From positions 1 through 62,034 of IMG/VR virus record IMGVR_UViG_3300042988_000114: a stretch of DNA of 62,034 nucleotides; one strand, 5' to 3'. A model generated the notes under the pieces. The model had not been told where the DNA came from, ran no database searches, and saw only the letters and a program-made list of their open reading frames with translations. Positions 45,332-55,728 of this stretch are shown in pieces. This DNA is from a virus (Duplodnaviria; Caudoviricetes). Position 1 is the stretch's first letter. Each line of letters opens with the position of its first letter. The translations under genes and the position numbers were made by a program.

Positions 45332-48300
45332 TTATGCGCCTAATTTAGCGACTTCGCCTGGGTTGTATAAGCGAATTGGAATGTAGATAAATTCAACATC
45401 CTTCATTGGCTCAATAGCAATATCCACATACAACTCATTGCGAGCAATACGCTCTGGTGTGTTGTTGCTTTCGTCGCAAACTACCAAGTAGTCGTATACG
45501 CCACGCTTGCTTACCAAGTCGTTAACAGCACCGCTGATGATAGTCTTTAATTGATCACGAGTGATCTTGTCGTTTGGTTCAAACAAGAAGCCGTTACCAA
45601 CGCTAGCAAGGATAGTACGAATGTAGTTCACTAAACGAGCTACGTTTACACGATCCATTGCACTTGCAAATGGGTTACGAGTCTTTTGGCCCCATACAAC
45701 TAAACCTACGCCTGGCAAGTTAGTGATTGGGTTAATCTTGTTTTCATACAAGCTGTCACGTAGACCTTGGTTAACACCAATTGGGTTATACTCGCCGCTT
45801 GTAGAGTCAATATATCCAACGCTTGTAGCATTGTCTACCATACCACGACGTGTACCAGCTGGAGCAAACCATGGATAGCTCAAGTTGTCACTGTGTAAGA
45901 ATGTACGCAATGCAATATGGCTCGGTGGCACTACAATAGTGTTACCTTGCACATCGTTAGTTTGTGCAGCACCTGGGTAGTAAACACCTAGGTACGGATC
46001 GTTAGTTGTTAAACCCGTTGCATTATCAGTGTTGTTGCTCCAGTTCACTAAGTCAATAGTGTTAGGTGCTAAACGGAATGGTGTGTCACCGATAATGAAT
46101 GCTGTGTTAGCACGATCATTGTTCAATGCAACCATGTTGCTGATCAACTCTGGATAACCAGGAGCTGCAATCAAGTTAAATCCATATTGGTCTTCACGTA
46201 CTGCTGAGTTTCCATCAACTGCTGCCTTCAATGCACTAACAACCATATGGCGTTGTGCTTGACGACCTGCATACATGCTGCCATTGTCTTTTAGACCACT
46301 TGCACTTACCCATGCACTTGGTACTGATGGTAACGAAGCATTTGCAAAGTTAGCTTCAGTGAAGTACTCGTTAACAAAACGCTTAACGTTATAACCGCTG
46401 CGACGAGTGTTAAACAACATTGTACCACGTGGGTATAAACGATAGTCTGGAGCATCTAAGTCAATGTTATCGCTTGTTAGCAATTCAACAACAGATGGCA
46501 TGCTGTCGCTGATCGGGTCAACGTTGCCGTCTGTGCCCCAACGTGCATCAGCAAATACAATACCGTTCTGGCCAATTTGGTCAGTGTTGTCAATCTTGGC
46601 CCATGTTGTGCCAGTATAACGGCTCAATGCTGGCCAGTTCTCTAAGTCGCTTGTGTCTAACCACAAGTCACCAGCTACTAGAGCTGAACTGTCTGTTTGA
46701 GTAGTTGGCTTGCTTGCACTAACAATAACACCCAATGGGTCTGTTAAGCTCAAATCGTATCCACGAGCATCGCTTAATTCATTTTGGTAACCTTTCCAAC
46801 CTGTGGTTGTGTTAACCATAATGTCAACTTCTGTTGCAGAACCATAATACCACAATGTACCATCGACTGGGTCTTGTGTTGGCTCAACTACGCTGAATGT
46901 ATATGTTAGAGGTTCCCATGTGCTTAACTCTAATTCGCTTGCTGCGTTACTTTGTACACCTGTTACTGCCAATGTAAAGCCTGCATCTGCTACTGGGCTA
47001 CCAGTTACGTTAGCTAAACGGATTACGCCACCGTACTTGTGTGTTAAGCTGATTGCACCTGTAGTTTCAACTGCTGCTGTAACTTCAGGGATGTTTGCTG
47101 CCAATACAGCAGAAACAAACGCTGCACGGCTTGTACCACTTAATGTAACAGTGTATGCAGTATATGTAGACTCACCAATGGATGTAGTATACAAAGTGAA
47201 TGCATTGTTTAATGTAAATGGGTTTGCAGTATCTGTTACTTCTGCAACGATTTTAGTTGCGCCAGATACACGGCGAACGTATGGCTTAAATGTTACTGTA
47301 CCGTCTGCACTTGTGTCAAAACGTGTATAGATTGTACCAGCAGCAATGTTAAAGCCGCCTGCACTTGGATCCATACCATAGATTGCATCAGATGGTGTGT
47401 TGTACAACGGAGCAGCTTGGGCAGTCCAAGTATCTGTTCCTGCACTATATTTCTTAATAACAACATCTGCGCCGCTACCAATTGCACTAGTCTTAATGTA
47501 TACGCTACCTGTTGGACGTGGTGCTGTGTCTGTGCTTCTCCATGCTGGAATAGCAACATAAGAACCATAGCTAACTGTTGGACGATAGTAAGTACCGGCA
47601 GCAATACCTAGGTTGCTCAATGGAGTCTGTGTTGTGTTTGCAATGATAACCTTACCGTCTGCAGATGCAGATGGGCCACCACTCTTAGCTAAATCAGTTG
47701 CTAAAATTTGCAACTTACCGTTAACTCCGCGGGCTGTAACACCAGTGATAGCTGCTGTGTTAATAGCAGTAACAATGTCGCTTAGACTCTTGTCAACACC
47801 AGTAGCACCTACAGTAACGTCAACACCGTTAATACGCAATACAGCGGCTGGTGTGGACATCGGAACTTCAACTGGACTAGATACAGAACCGTTAGCACCA
47901 ATAATAGTTGCTTGGTCTACCATCCATGTGCGGTCACCAACTTTAGCCCAAGAGTTATCAGATAACTTCTTGAAGATATTCCAAACGTGACCAGTATATG
48001 CGCCGCTGTTAGCAGGGCTTAGAGCTGCTGCATATGAACCAATGTCGCCTACGCTTGATGTTGGGTAATTAACACCACTAACGTTAGTCAAGTTAGAAGC
48101 GTCAGTGATAACTAATAGAGATTTCTTAACGAATGCACTTGCTGTTGCATCCCATTCGTTTAGACCCCAATCTGTGTCTAACAAATCAACCCAGTATGTG
48201 CCATCGGCGACAATACCTGTTGGACGGTTAGAAGTTGCATTTAGTTGAGCTAGGTCAATGTCTGCACGGATAGCGTACACACGATTGCTAATGCCTAGTG

Positions 48301-48595
48301 CAGAGTATGCAGCCATTAAACCAAATTCGTTACGTTCATCACCGTGTAGAGCTGTTCCAGCACTACTTTGTTGGAATACAGGATAACCAAAAGCACTTAC
48401 CAACTCACGTTGGCTAGCATATGCTTGTAATTTACCGGCATTTGCCTTTGTAGTACCTGCGGCTACTGCGCCTGCAGGATTTGTTTTGTCTTGAGCTGTT
48501 GCCAAAACAACCAATGGTACAGAACCAACTGCGCCTGGTACGTATTGACTTTCGTCGGTTACACTTAACTGTAAACCTGGAGATACTAGTGCCAT
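45332..48595 (-). CDS. Tail sheath protein (gp18-like, with insertion domains)
   Basis: SPG N-terminus, WFAPAG, INPI, WGQKT, RVNVARL, EFIYI. Confidence 0.95.
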   Translation of the reverse strand: MALVSPGLQLSVTDESQYVPGAVGSVPLVVLATAQDKTNPAGAVAAGTTKANAGKLQAYASQRELVSAFGYPVFQQSSAGTALHGDERNEFGLMAAYSALGISNRVYAIRADIDLAQLNATSNRPTGIVADGTYWVDLLDTDWGLNEWDATASAFVKKSLLVITDASNLTNVSGVNYPTSSVGDIGSYAAALSPANSGAYTGHVWNIFKKLSDNSWAKVGDRTWMVDQATIIGANGSVSSPVEVPMSTPAAVLRINGVDVTVGATGVDKSLSDIVTAINTAAITGVTARGVNGKLQILATDLAKSGGPSASADGKVIIANTTQTPLSNLGIAAGTYYRPTVSYGSYVAIPAWRSTDTAPRPTGSVYIKTSAIGSGADVVIKKYSAGTDTWTAQAAPLYNTPSDAIYGMDPSAGGFNIAAGTIYTRFDTSADGTVTFKPYVRRVSGATKIVAEVTDTANPFTLNNAFTLYTTSIGESTYTAYTVTLSGTSRAAFVSAVLAANIPEVTAAVETTGAISLTHKYGGVIRLANVTGSPVADAGFTLAVTGVQSNAASELELSTWEPLTYTFSVVEPTQDPVDGTLWYYGSATEVDIMVNTTTGWKGYQNELSDARGYDLSLTDPLGVIVSASKPTTQTDSSALVAGDLWLDTSDLENWPALSRYTGTTWAKIDNTDQIGQNGIVFADARWGTDGNVDPISDSMPSVVELLTSDNIDLDAPDYRLYPRGTMLFNTRRSGYNVKRFVNEYFTEANFANASLPSVPSAWVSASGLKDNGSMYAGRQAQRHMVVSALKAAVDGNSAVREDQYGFNLIAAPGYPELISNMVALNNDRANTAFIIGDTPFRLAPNTIDLVNWSNNTDNATGLTTNDPYLGVYYPGAAQTNDVQGNTIVVPPSHIALRTFLHSDNLSYPWFAPAGTRRGMVDNATSVGYIDSTSGEYNPIGVNQGLRDSLYENKINPITNLPGVGLVVWGQKTRNPFASAMDRVNVARLVNYIRTILASVGNGFLFEPNDKITRDQLKTIISGAVNDLVSKRGVYDYLVVCDESNNTPERIARNELYVDIAIEPMKDVEFIYIPIRLYNPGEVAKLGA

Positions 48596-48696
48596 AATCA
48601 TTTTTCCTTTATGTTACACGATATCAATATTTACCAGGGTTTGGATAAAATGGGCCGTTATGGTGCCCTTAATTAAGGTTTACCCATAAATACAGC

Positions 48697-49047
48697 ATGA
48701 CTCAACGCCCTATGTGCCCTGTATGTAACGCTAGACCCGTTGCTATCAACTGCAAGAAGAACGACATTACGTATTATCGCAAACTGTGTGATAGCTGTCT
48801 GCGTAAAGGTAAAAGGCTTGCACCCAAAAGGCCAGCATGGGCATTAAGTGGATACAAGAAAAAGCCGCACTGTGAGAAATGCGGCTTTGTTGCTAAACAT
48901 TCGGAACAGTTAAACGTGTTCCATGTCGACGGTAACTTAAAGAATAACGATTGGGTTAATCTAAAAACAATTTGCTTAAACTGCTCAACGGAAATATCCA
49001 AGAGCAAGTTACGTTGGAAAGCAAGTCTTACTCCACCTGAGCTTTGA
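48697..49047 (+). CDS. Zn-finger/HNH-like protein
   Basis: CxxC pairs, HVDGN...N...NLKTICLNC. Confidence 0.75.
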   Translation: MTQRPMCPVCNARPVAINCKKNDITYYRKLCDSCLRKGKRLAPKRPAWALSGYKKKPHCEKCGFVAKHSEQLNVFHVDGNLKNNDWVNLKTICLNCSTEISKSKLRWKASLTPPEL

Positions 49048-49639
49048 GCTGTGTGTATAAGTGATCAATTGAACTGTTGTTGTCAATGATTGCATCAAAG
49101 TTGGTTCCTGCCCAGCTATACTCGCTTGCATGAATTCCATTAAGTCCTAACCACTCACGTGCTTTGTTGTCACCGCGGTTAGCAGATTCTGCAATGCTGT
49201 ACCAGTGCGGGATAATGCCACGCTGCACCCATAGCATTTTTGCACCTTGTGCTTTTAGCCCTGTAATTTCGTTAGGAAAGCGGCAATCTGTGATAACAAT
49301 GTTGTCTTTGCTGTTACGCAATTTGTTCTCTAAGCTAGCAATCCAGATGTCATCATGGAAGTGTGCTCTAAGAACGTTTGTGCCCCAGTTTTGTAAAACC
49401 CAACGTGGAGTAATTGGCATGCCCAGTCGTTGAGTCCACCATAGATCAGTTTCTTCCCGCCACAATCTACTTTGATCTGTTCGGCCTTCTAGCATATCTC
49501 TGTCCCAGCCAAATATCTTAGCAACAGCATCCTTTAATGTTGCTGCAAATGACTCTCGCTTAAATCCGTGAAAGTTAACTAAGTAGTCTGCTGCTGTATC
49601 TTTGCCCGACCCTATTAAACCTGTAATACCTATAATCAT
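49028..49639 (-). CDS. Deoxynucleoside monophosphate kinase (gp1-like)
   Basis: GLIGSGKDT, TPRWVLQ, DCRFPNE, HASE. Confidence 0.92.
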   Translation of the reverse strand: MIIGITGLIGSGKDTAADYLVNFHGFKRESFAATLKDAVAKIFGWDRDMLEGRTDQSRLWREETDLWWTQRLGMPITPRWVLQNWGTNVLRAHFHDDIWIASLENKLRNSKDNIVITDCRFPNEITGLKAQGAKMLWVQRGIIPHWYSIAESANRGDNKAREWLGLNGIHASEYSWAGTNFDAIIDNNSSIDHLYTQLKAQVE

Positions 49640-49690
49640 AAAAAATGCCCCAATAAGGAGCATTTTTACATACTGCATTAGCAAAGTCAA

Positions 49691-50869
49691 TTACATTAGG
49701 AAGATTTGACCATTGCACATACTCAAAACATCACCAAACAATAGTTGCATATCGTAGCCCAATGTTTCAGCAGCTTGCTTTAAGTCTTCTTCACCACGTG
49801 CTTTCATTTGACTTTGGTGACCAAATGTATACTTGCCGTAACCTATCTGTGCAGGGAATGGATTTAGGGTAACGGTGCCTGTTTGAATATACTGTGCAAA
49901 CATCTCGTATATGAATTCGTATGGACGTTTGATTTGATTTTCACGGCTGCTACGCTGTGTCCCAATGGCATTAAACAATGCATTGTATAAATCAGACCGC
50001 ATGTAATCTAAGTCGCTACCAAATGTATCTCGACGAGACGGTTTACCATATACTGCTGCTAGCTTTTGGTTTATGACGTTAACAAAATGATGTTCAACTG
50101 TGCGCCACTGTTCCATACTAGACGCTTGGATGGCATGCCCAATTCGATGCGCCATAATCCATGGCGTTATCATTACTTTTTGTGCGCCATAGTTGCCCAA
50201 GAATACTACAGTAATAGCATCTTCACTGCCAGCAATAACTTGTTCAGCAGCATCCCCAAGTACGTTACGAACTTGATCATGGCTTGCTGCGCCTAGTTCT
50301 GCACTTTTTCCTGTTCCCGGAATGTTAGAGAAGAACAAGCGGAAGTCGTATGGAGTTTTTTCAAAGAACTTTGCAGTCTTTAACTGAGCAGTTGGGTGCA
50401 TGACTAGCTTCTTGTCAACTTTACTTCTAAACGGACCAGGCTTGTCAAAATTTCCGAGCGGAACGTAATCAGTTAACGGAGCTTCAGATAACTCATCTTC
50501 CCAAATTCTTGCATCCTCGCCGCGGTGCTTATCCCAAAATCCTGCGCCTGCATCTGTTTGCTGTCCACTGCGGCAAATTCTATAACCTTTGCTCTTTACG
50601 TAGTCATACATTGTTTTAGCAATGCCCTGGCCACGGAATCTCTCTTCTACTTCTAAATCTTGTGGCACTAGAACCCGGCCCCGGGAATCCTGCTCTATTG
50701 AGAATATTACATATCCTAGATCTTTTCCGTTGGCAGTGGCTTTTACAAATACAACTTGATTTTCAGTATCTTCATCATCAACATACTCGTCGTCTTTTTG
50801 TACTTCAAGCGACAGGTTTATGCCATTGAAGTGCTCTTTATATTCTGTAATAAATTCACTTGCTCTCAT
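49691..50869 (-). CDS. GNAT acetyltransferase domain plus unknown domain, possibly head-internal
   Basis: FRGQGIA acetyl-CoA motif; N-terminus MRASEFITE. Confidence 0.7.
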   Translation of the reverse strand: MRASEFITEYKEHFNGINLSLEVQKDDEYVDDEDTENQVVFVKATANGKDLGYVIFSIEQDSRGRVLVPQDLEVEERFRGQGIAKTMYDYVKSKGYRICRSGQQTDAGAGFWDKHRGEDARIWEDELSEAPLTDYVPLGNFDKPGPFRSKVDKKLVMHPTAQLKTAKFFEKTPYDFRLFFSNIPGTGKSAELGAASHDQVRNVLGDAAEQVIAGSEDAITVVFLGNYGAQKVMITPWIMAHRIGHAIQASSMEQWRTVEHHFVNVINQKLAAVYGKPSRRDTFGSDLDYMRSDLYNALFNAIGTQRSSRENQIKRPYEFIYEMFAQYIQTGTVTLNPFPAQIGYGKYTFGHQSQMKARGEEDLKQAAETLGYDMQLLFGDVLSMCNGQIFLM

Positions 50870-51765
50870 TAGCCAGTAATCCATGTCATTGGCATACCGC
50901 CGTCTTGGAAGCGTTTCAATTCTTCTTCAAGTGCCGCCATTTCTTCTTTGGCTTCTGCAATCAATGCAGGGCCGTTAAGTGTTGTTCCGCCTTGTGGGCC
51001 AGCAACAGTACTAAACTTGCCGCGACCTTCACCTAAGATTCGTTTGGCAAAGCTGTAGGCGTATTCTTGTAACCACGGAAATACCATGTAATCGTTAAAC
51101 AGTTGCCAGTCTGGTTTGTAGTTGTAGCACCATAGCAAGCATGATTCTGCATCATCAATATTAGATTGCCCAGTGCCCTGGAATGGCATTTTACGCATAA
51201 TTGTTAGCTTGCGAGTGGTACGGTTCCACGAAAAGTTCATAAAGCCGCCAAACATCTTCATTGCTAACTCTTGATATTGGGTAAACAACTCGTAGTTTAC
51301 TAGGCCGCCTACACGCCCTGCTACCAACATATATGTGTTCAGGTAGCCTGATGCAAATGGTTCAAACTGACTTGCAGTTGTACCGCTTACGCTACCGATA
51401 CCGCGGCGGTTAACTTGGCGAACTTCAATGATTTCTTTTGGAAGGATGTATTCTTGGGTTTCCGGCAATAGCTGTAAGAATGCATAAGATTCTTCAACTG
51501 CGTTGCTGCTACGTTGGCGGTACTTAATTAACGCTTGGTTAATCGCCATTTCATAATGTTCTTTGTCTAGTTCAACGTCTACAATACCGTCTGCTAAACG
51601 CATACGAATGTAGTCGGTGATTTCTGCACGTTTGGCGTTGGCGCTAGTGTAATCGTCTGTATTGTAGGCAATGTGCCCGGATCCTGTTCCTGTGTTTGCT
51701 TGGAACAATGAATCTGTTATTAAATTGCCTTTTGCATCATAGATGCTGGTATCTTGTGTGGCCAT
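50869..51765 (-). CDS. Neck protein (gp13-like)
   Basis: VDVEL, GPQGGTTLNG. Confidence 0.82.
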   Translation of the reverse strand: MATQDTSIYDAKGNLITDSLFQANTGTGSGHIAYNTDDYTSANAKRAEITDYIRMRLADGIVDVELDKEHYEMAINQALIKYRQRSSNAVEESYAFLQLLPETQEYILPKEIIEVRQVNRRGIGSVSGTTASQFEPFASGYLNTYMLVAGRVGGLVNYELFTQYQELAMKMFGGFMNFSWNRTTRKLTIMRKMPFQGTGQSNIDDAESCLLWCYNYKPDWQLFNDYMVFPWLQEYAYSFAKRILGEGRGKFSTVAGPQGGTTLNGPALIAEAKEEMAALEEELKRFQDGGMPMTWITG

Positions 51766-51802
51766 AGAAAAGTCCTGTTACAGTATTTATTACTGACAGG
51801 AC

Positions 51803-52051
51803 TTATCTAGTTAGGCTTTCCCATATTCCGTACTTCTCGTACTTGGCCCACTCGGGCCCCTTAAACGTTAATTCAAGCTCTCTATGCCGCAGCTGATATT
51901 CTAGGGTACGAATTTCCTTAACTGCACTGGGCTTCCTGTGCAATTTTGTGGACGTTAACAGTTGTATTCTGTTTTGTGTCCACTCAATTTCACTGTGAAG
52001 CCTAGATAAGAATAGCTGGTTAGTGTTAGGCGGTTCTAAGTAAAACGACAT
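51803..52051 (-). CDS. Hypothetical protein
   Basis: Fills the gap; short overlap with the upstream gene. Confidence 0.4.
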   Translation of the reverse strand: MSFYLEPPNTNQLFLSRLHSEIEWTQNRIQLLTSTKLHRKPSAVKEIRTLEYQLRHRELELTFKGPEWAKYEKYGIWESLTR

Positions 52052-53198
52052 CTTCACTGATCCGACCAGTAAGTTTAGTTTCTGTTGCTTTGATATCGTC
52101 CAAGAACTTGCGTAACTGGATTTTACCTGCTTTAGCAAACTCTTTTAGCTTTTCGTCCGGTTTACGTAGAGTCTTGCTGGTCGATTTGTCTGTGTCGAAG
52201 CCTTCAATGCTAGTACCTTTGATGCTGAGCTGCTTATATGCTGCTGCCACGTATTTTCCCAGCTTTCGGGTCTTGGTGTTATAAACCCAGAGTTCACTTG
52301 CGCCAATAATGTCTGCAGGATTAATCGAGACAATTTTAAGCCCTGGATCAGTTTTTGCATACTTGAGTTTTGCCACCAACTTTTCTTTGCTAGGAGCCTT
52401 CTTGACTCGAGCTTTCTTAGTTGCTTTTTTAACACCGCGGTACTGGTCAACTGCTGAGAGGAGATCGTCGATCCAAGCAATAATTCGTTTGAAGTCAGCG
52501 GCTTTAAGATAGCTGTAGCCTTCTCGTACCTGCTCGTCTTTCTTTGACTGTGCAAGTTCAAGCTCCTCTTTCCGCTTGCAAAATAGTCCTTCATATTTTC
52601 CTAACTGGCTTTGCACCACGTTGTTGGCAGTAAGCCAGTCATATGGCTTAAACTTTTCTGCTTTGTTTGCAACCACATCGTCAAACATGCCTTCAAGTTC
52701 ACCAATGAGCTCACTGGTTTTTTCGTTTAGGCGGTCTTGGATCGTAGGCACGTATGCTTTGGGTTTGTCTGTTTCTGCAACTTCTTCAACTTCAGGCTCT
52801 GCGGTGCTGATAGCTTCACGGATAGCCTCCTTGAGAAAGCTAACGTGACGTGGCTTTAGGGGCATGCCTTGTTTATGCGCCATTACCAAGCTGCATGCAG
52901 TCATACTTAACGAACGATCACTGCTGCGAACAAAGGCTTTAACTTCGTCTTTGGTAAATTCGTTCTCAGGCTTTTGTACCCATGCCACTACGTGTTTCTT
53001 ACAATCCTTTTGATTGTAATGATAGTTGTAGTAGTAAAAGCTGCGGCGAAGGTGATGATCAAAGGTTGCATCATCAAACTGTAGAGCTTCTTCAGTATTC
53101 CATTCTGGTTCTCCGCCGGTGTACTTTTCATCGGCGAAGGCAACCCGCTTCTCGCGGGGTGCTTTGGTTTTAATCTTAATACCGGCTACGGTAGCCAT
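52026..53198 (-). CDS. Hypothetical protein of T4-like phages
   Basis: 390 aa; SINPADIIGA, YNTKTRKL, GRISED motifs. Confidence 0.75.
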   Translation of the reverse strand: MATVAGIKIKTKAPREKRVAFADEKYTGGEPEWNTEEALQFDDATFDHHLRRSFYYYNYHYNQKDCKKHVVAWVQKPENEFTKDEVKAFVRSSDRSLSMTACSLVMAHKQGMPLKPRHVSFLKEAIREAISTAEPEVEEVAETDKPKAYVPTIQDRLNEKTSELIGELEGMFDDVVANKAEKFKPYDWLTANNVVQSQLGKYEGLFCKRKEELELAQSKKDEQVREGYSYLKAADFKRIIAWIDDLLSAVDQYRGVKKATKKARVKKAPSKEKLVAKLKYAKTDPGLKIVSINPADIIGASELWVYNTKTRKLGKYVAAAYKQLSIKGTSIEGFDTDKSTSKTLRKPDEKLKEFAKAGKIQLRKFLDDIKATETKLTGRISEDVVLLRTA

Positions 53199-53206
53199 AA
53201 TATTCC

Positions 53207-53590
53207 TTAATAAAGTGGTAGATGCCCAGTCACCGCGTTAATTTTATCTTCACGATCTGGGCCAACTCCTACAGCAGTCAAGGTTTTTACACCATTGAAC
53301 TCTGTTAGTCCTGCATCCTCAATGATTGAGCAGATGAGCCCTGCATCCTTCGCTGCATTATACACATCTATCAATTCTTGTTCACTATTTACATAAACAC
53401 AAATCTTCTTAAATCTTCCAGTCACCCACGGTTCTAATCGAGCATCATTTAAGTCAAGAGTTAATTTGTTACCATTCCGTGTCATTTGCCCTAAAATTGC
53501 ACCCATTGATGCATGTGCGCCTTGGGCAACTAACTTGCCCTTACGCATATTTAGGTCCTTACGCATTACAATAACTTGTTTGTGTTCCAT
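53207..53590 (-). CDS. pth2: Peptidyl-tRNA hydrolase Pth2
   Basis: MRKDLNMRKGKLVAQGAHA, KKI, DAGLTE, GVGP. Confidence 0.92.
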   Translation of the reverse strand: MEHKQVIVMRKDLNMRKGKLVAQGAHASMGAILGQMTRNGNKLTLDLNDARLEPWVTGRFKKICVYVNSEQELIDVYNAAKDAGLICSIIEDAGLTEFNGVKTLTAVGVGPDREDKINAVTGHLPLY

Positions 53591-53817
53591 TAAATTCGGC
53601 GCTTCTTCCAGGTATACTCTGATCCATCGGGTAGTATGCCTTCTTTAATATCATCAACTCCCATTTTACCAACTTGGTTTGGGTTTTCTGTTGCAATAAC
53701 AACAAACGAGCCACCAGCATCCCGGGCATCTTTAGCCACATTTAATGCTTCCCCCAAATCGGTGCGGAACAAACTGTACTCTCGTCCTGTTTTATCTGTC
53801 CAATATATTTTATGCAT
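53590..53817 (-). CDS. Hypothetical protein
   Basis: 75 aa, LPDG..YTWKKRR. Confidence 0.7.
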   Translation of the reverse strand: MHKIYWTDKTGREYSLFRTDLGEALNVAKDARDAGGSFVVIATENPNQVGKMGVDDIKEGILPDGSEYTWKKRRI

Positions 53818-53819
53818 CT

Positions 53820-54272
53820 TTATGCCTGTTCAAATTTTGGGTTACCCCAGAGTTTACGCTCAACTGCAATTGATAGCAAGCGTTCTTTTTTCCATGCGTC
53901 AATTTCCCAAGGGCGATCAAAATACTTGTCAGTGTTCTTTTCGCCGCGCCAGTAATATGTAGCAAAGCCGTATTCGTCTGTTTCGATGCGAAGTTGGCCC
54001 AACACAAACTGTTTTACATGTACCATTTCGTGTGCAATCACTTCAACCATTTTAGTTGCAGTGAGTGCAGAATCCACAAACATCACATAGCCGCCATCCG
54101 CATGCGGCTGAACAGCACCATTGTACCCACCGTTTTTAGCAAGCCCAGGGCGAACGCAAACGTCAAGTTCAAAGTTACGTTTATCTAACTTGAGCTCTTT
54201 TGCAAGAATCTCAATCACTTGTTGGATAAATTCACGTTTAACTTTGCTGCGGAAGTGTACTTGTGTGTTCAT
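53820..54272 (-). CDS. HEXXH metallopeptidase-like protein
   Basis: AHEMVHVKQ, PWEIDA. Confidence 0.8.
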   Translation of the reverse strand: MNTQVHFRSKVKREFIQQVIEILAKELKLDKRNFELDVCVRPGLAKNGGYNGAVQPHADGGYVMFVDSALTATKMVEVIAHEMVHVKQFVLGQLRIETDEYGFATYYWRGEKNTDKYFDRPWEIDAWKKERLLSIAVERKLWGNPKFEQA

Positions 54273-54297
54273 GTGTTTATTATAGCACCAATTTAGG

Positions 54298-54579
54298 CTA
54301 TGCGTACATTAGACACGCAATTAGCATGTGTTGATCAAAAACTGTAATACTTTCAGTAAACTTTTCTTCAAGTTCTCGATATCTTGTTGTAAATTTACCA
54401 CGCTTTCTGCATTCAACCATTTCGTTATCCATCTCAGTCCAGTACTTACGCATCACATTGTAGAACTTCCACATTGTGCTTTTGGTGCGGATATCAGTTA
54501 AACGTTGCAATTCAGCAAAACAACGCTCGTACTTAGCTCGATTTTGGTAGTGTGTGAGAGGCATTCCTTGATTGTACAT
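54298..54579 (-). CDS. Hypothetical protein
   Basis: Helical ORF; start uncertain. Confidence 0.6.
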   Translation of the reverse strand: MYNQGMPLTHYQNRAKYERCFAELQRLTDIRTKSTMWKFYNVMRKYWTEMDNEMVECRKRGKFTTRYRELEEKFTESITVFDQHMLIACLMYA

Positions 54580-54627
54580 AAAAACGGATTAAACGTCAAA
54601 CCATAAATACTGCATTAGGGACGAAAC

Positions 54628-55728
54628 ATGGCTAGATTAAGTCTTTGGAAAGACGGCAGACACAGCAACGATTACAAATTTTTGGATAGACGCATATCCG
54701 AAATGTACACCATCGGCGGAACTGGGATTCTGCTGCACAAATACTTGGGCCCAGTTGAACAAACTGGCAGCGACGATGCTACTAAGCCAGTGTATACAAA
54801 TCAAAGTGAAATGAACATCCAGGACTTGTTGTTCTTGGAAAACCGTGATCGCAAGTACGATTCAGATGTCTACACTATGCGTGGCATTTATCAAGTGTCG
54901 GACAATACTTTTGACTTGAGCCAATTTGGTTTGTTCCTTCAAACCGGAACATTGTTCATGACGTTTCATTTAAACGACATGATAGACACAATCGGGCGTA
55001 AGATCATCAACGGTGATGTACTTGAACTACAGCACTTAATTGACTATAACCCATTAGATGTAGAGTTGCCCGTTGCATTAAAGCGTTTCTTTGTTTGTAG
55101 CGATGCCCAATTTGCCAGTGAAGGCTTTACCCCGACATGGTTCCCTCACTTGTGGCGTGTAAAGTTGAACCCACTAACAGATAGCCAAGAGTACAAAGAC
55201 ATTTTGAATACTATCAAAGCAGGTAACAATACCAATTCAAGTATCGCCGATGTGTTAAGCACTATCAGCAAGTACCAAAACATCAATGATGCAATTATTG
55301 CCCAAGCTGAAGTTGCTGTACCGCAAAGCGGGTACGACACCAGTGGCTTATACATTAAGAGCAGCACATTGCCGGACGGCACAGAAACTACTCCAGAAAA
55401 CAAAGTACAAGGTTACTTAACCGGTGACGGTAAAGGACCAAACAGCGTCCCTGTTGCAACCGGTATTAACTTTCCAACACACCCAGACACTGGCGAATAC
55501 TTCCTACGTGTTGACTATGTACCGAATCGTTTGTTCCGCTTTGACGGCAAGCGTTGGATCAAGATCGAAGATGCTGTACGCACTAATTTAACCAATGGTG
55601 CAGCAGATAACCAAACATTACGTAGCAGCTTTGTTAACGATACCAGCACCTACACTGACAACAGTGGTGGTACCCATACTACATTACAGGGTCTAAGCAA
55701 GATCCTAAGACCAACGGCGGATAACTAA
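54628..55728 (+). CDS. Probable neck/head-closure protein (gp14-like)
   Basis: FLENRDRKY, DLSQFGLF; precedes the gp15-like gene. Confidence 0.65.
   Translation: MARLSLWKDGRHSNDYKFLDRRISEMYTIGGTGILLHKYLGPVEQTGSDDATKPVYTNQSEMNIQDLLFLENRDRKYDSDVYTMRGIYQVSDNTFDLSQFGLFLQTGTLFMTFHLNDMIDTIGRKIINGDVLELQHLIDYNPLDVELPVALKRFFVCSDAQFASEGFTPTWFPHLWRVKLNPLTDSQEYKDILNTIKAGNNTNSSIADVLSTISKYQNINDAIIAQAEVAVPQSGYDTSGLYIKSSTLPDGTETTPENKVQGYLTGDGKGPNSVPVATGINFPTHPDTGEYFLRVDYVPNRLFRFDGKRWIKIEDAVRTNLTNGAADNQTLRSSFVNDTSTYTDNSGGTHTTLQGLSKILRPTADN

Noticed and set aside
46920-47990. Antisense ORFs within the tail sheath
   Set aside because: Shadows of a well-supported gene.
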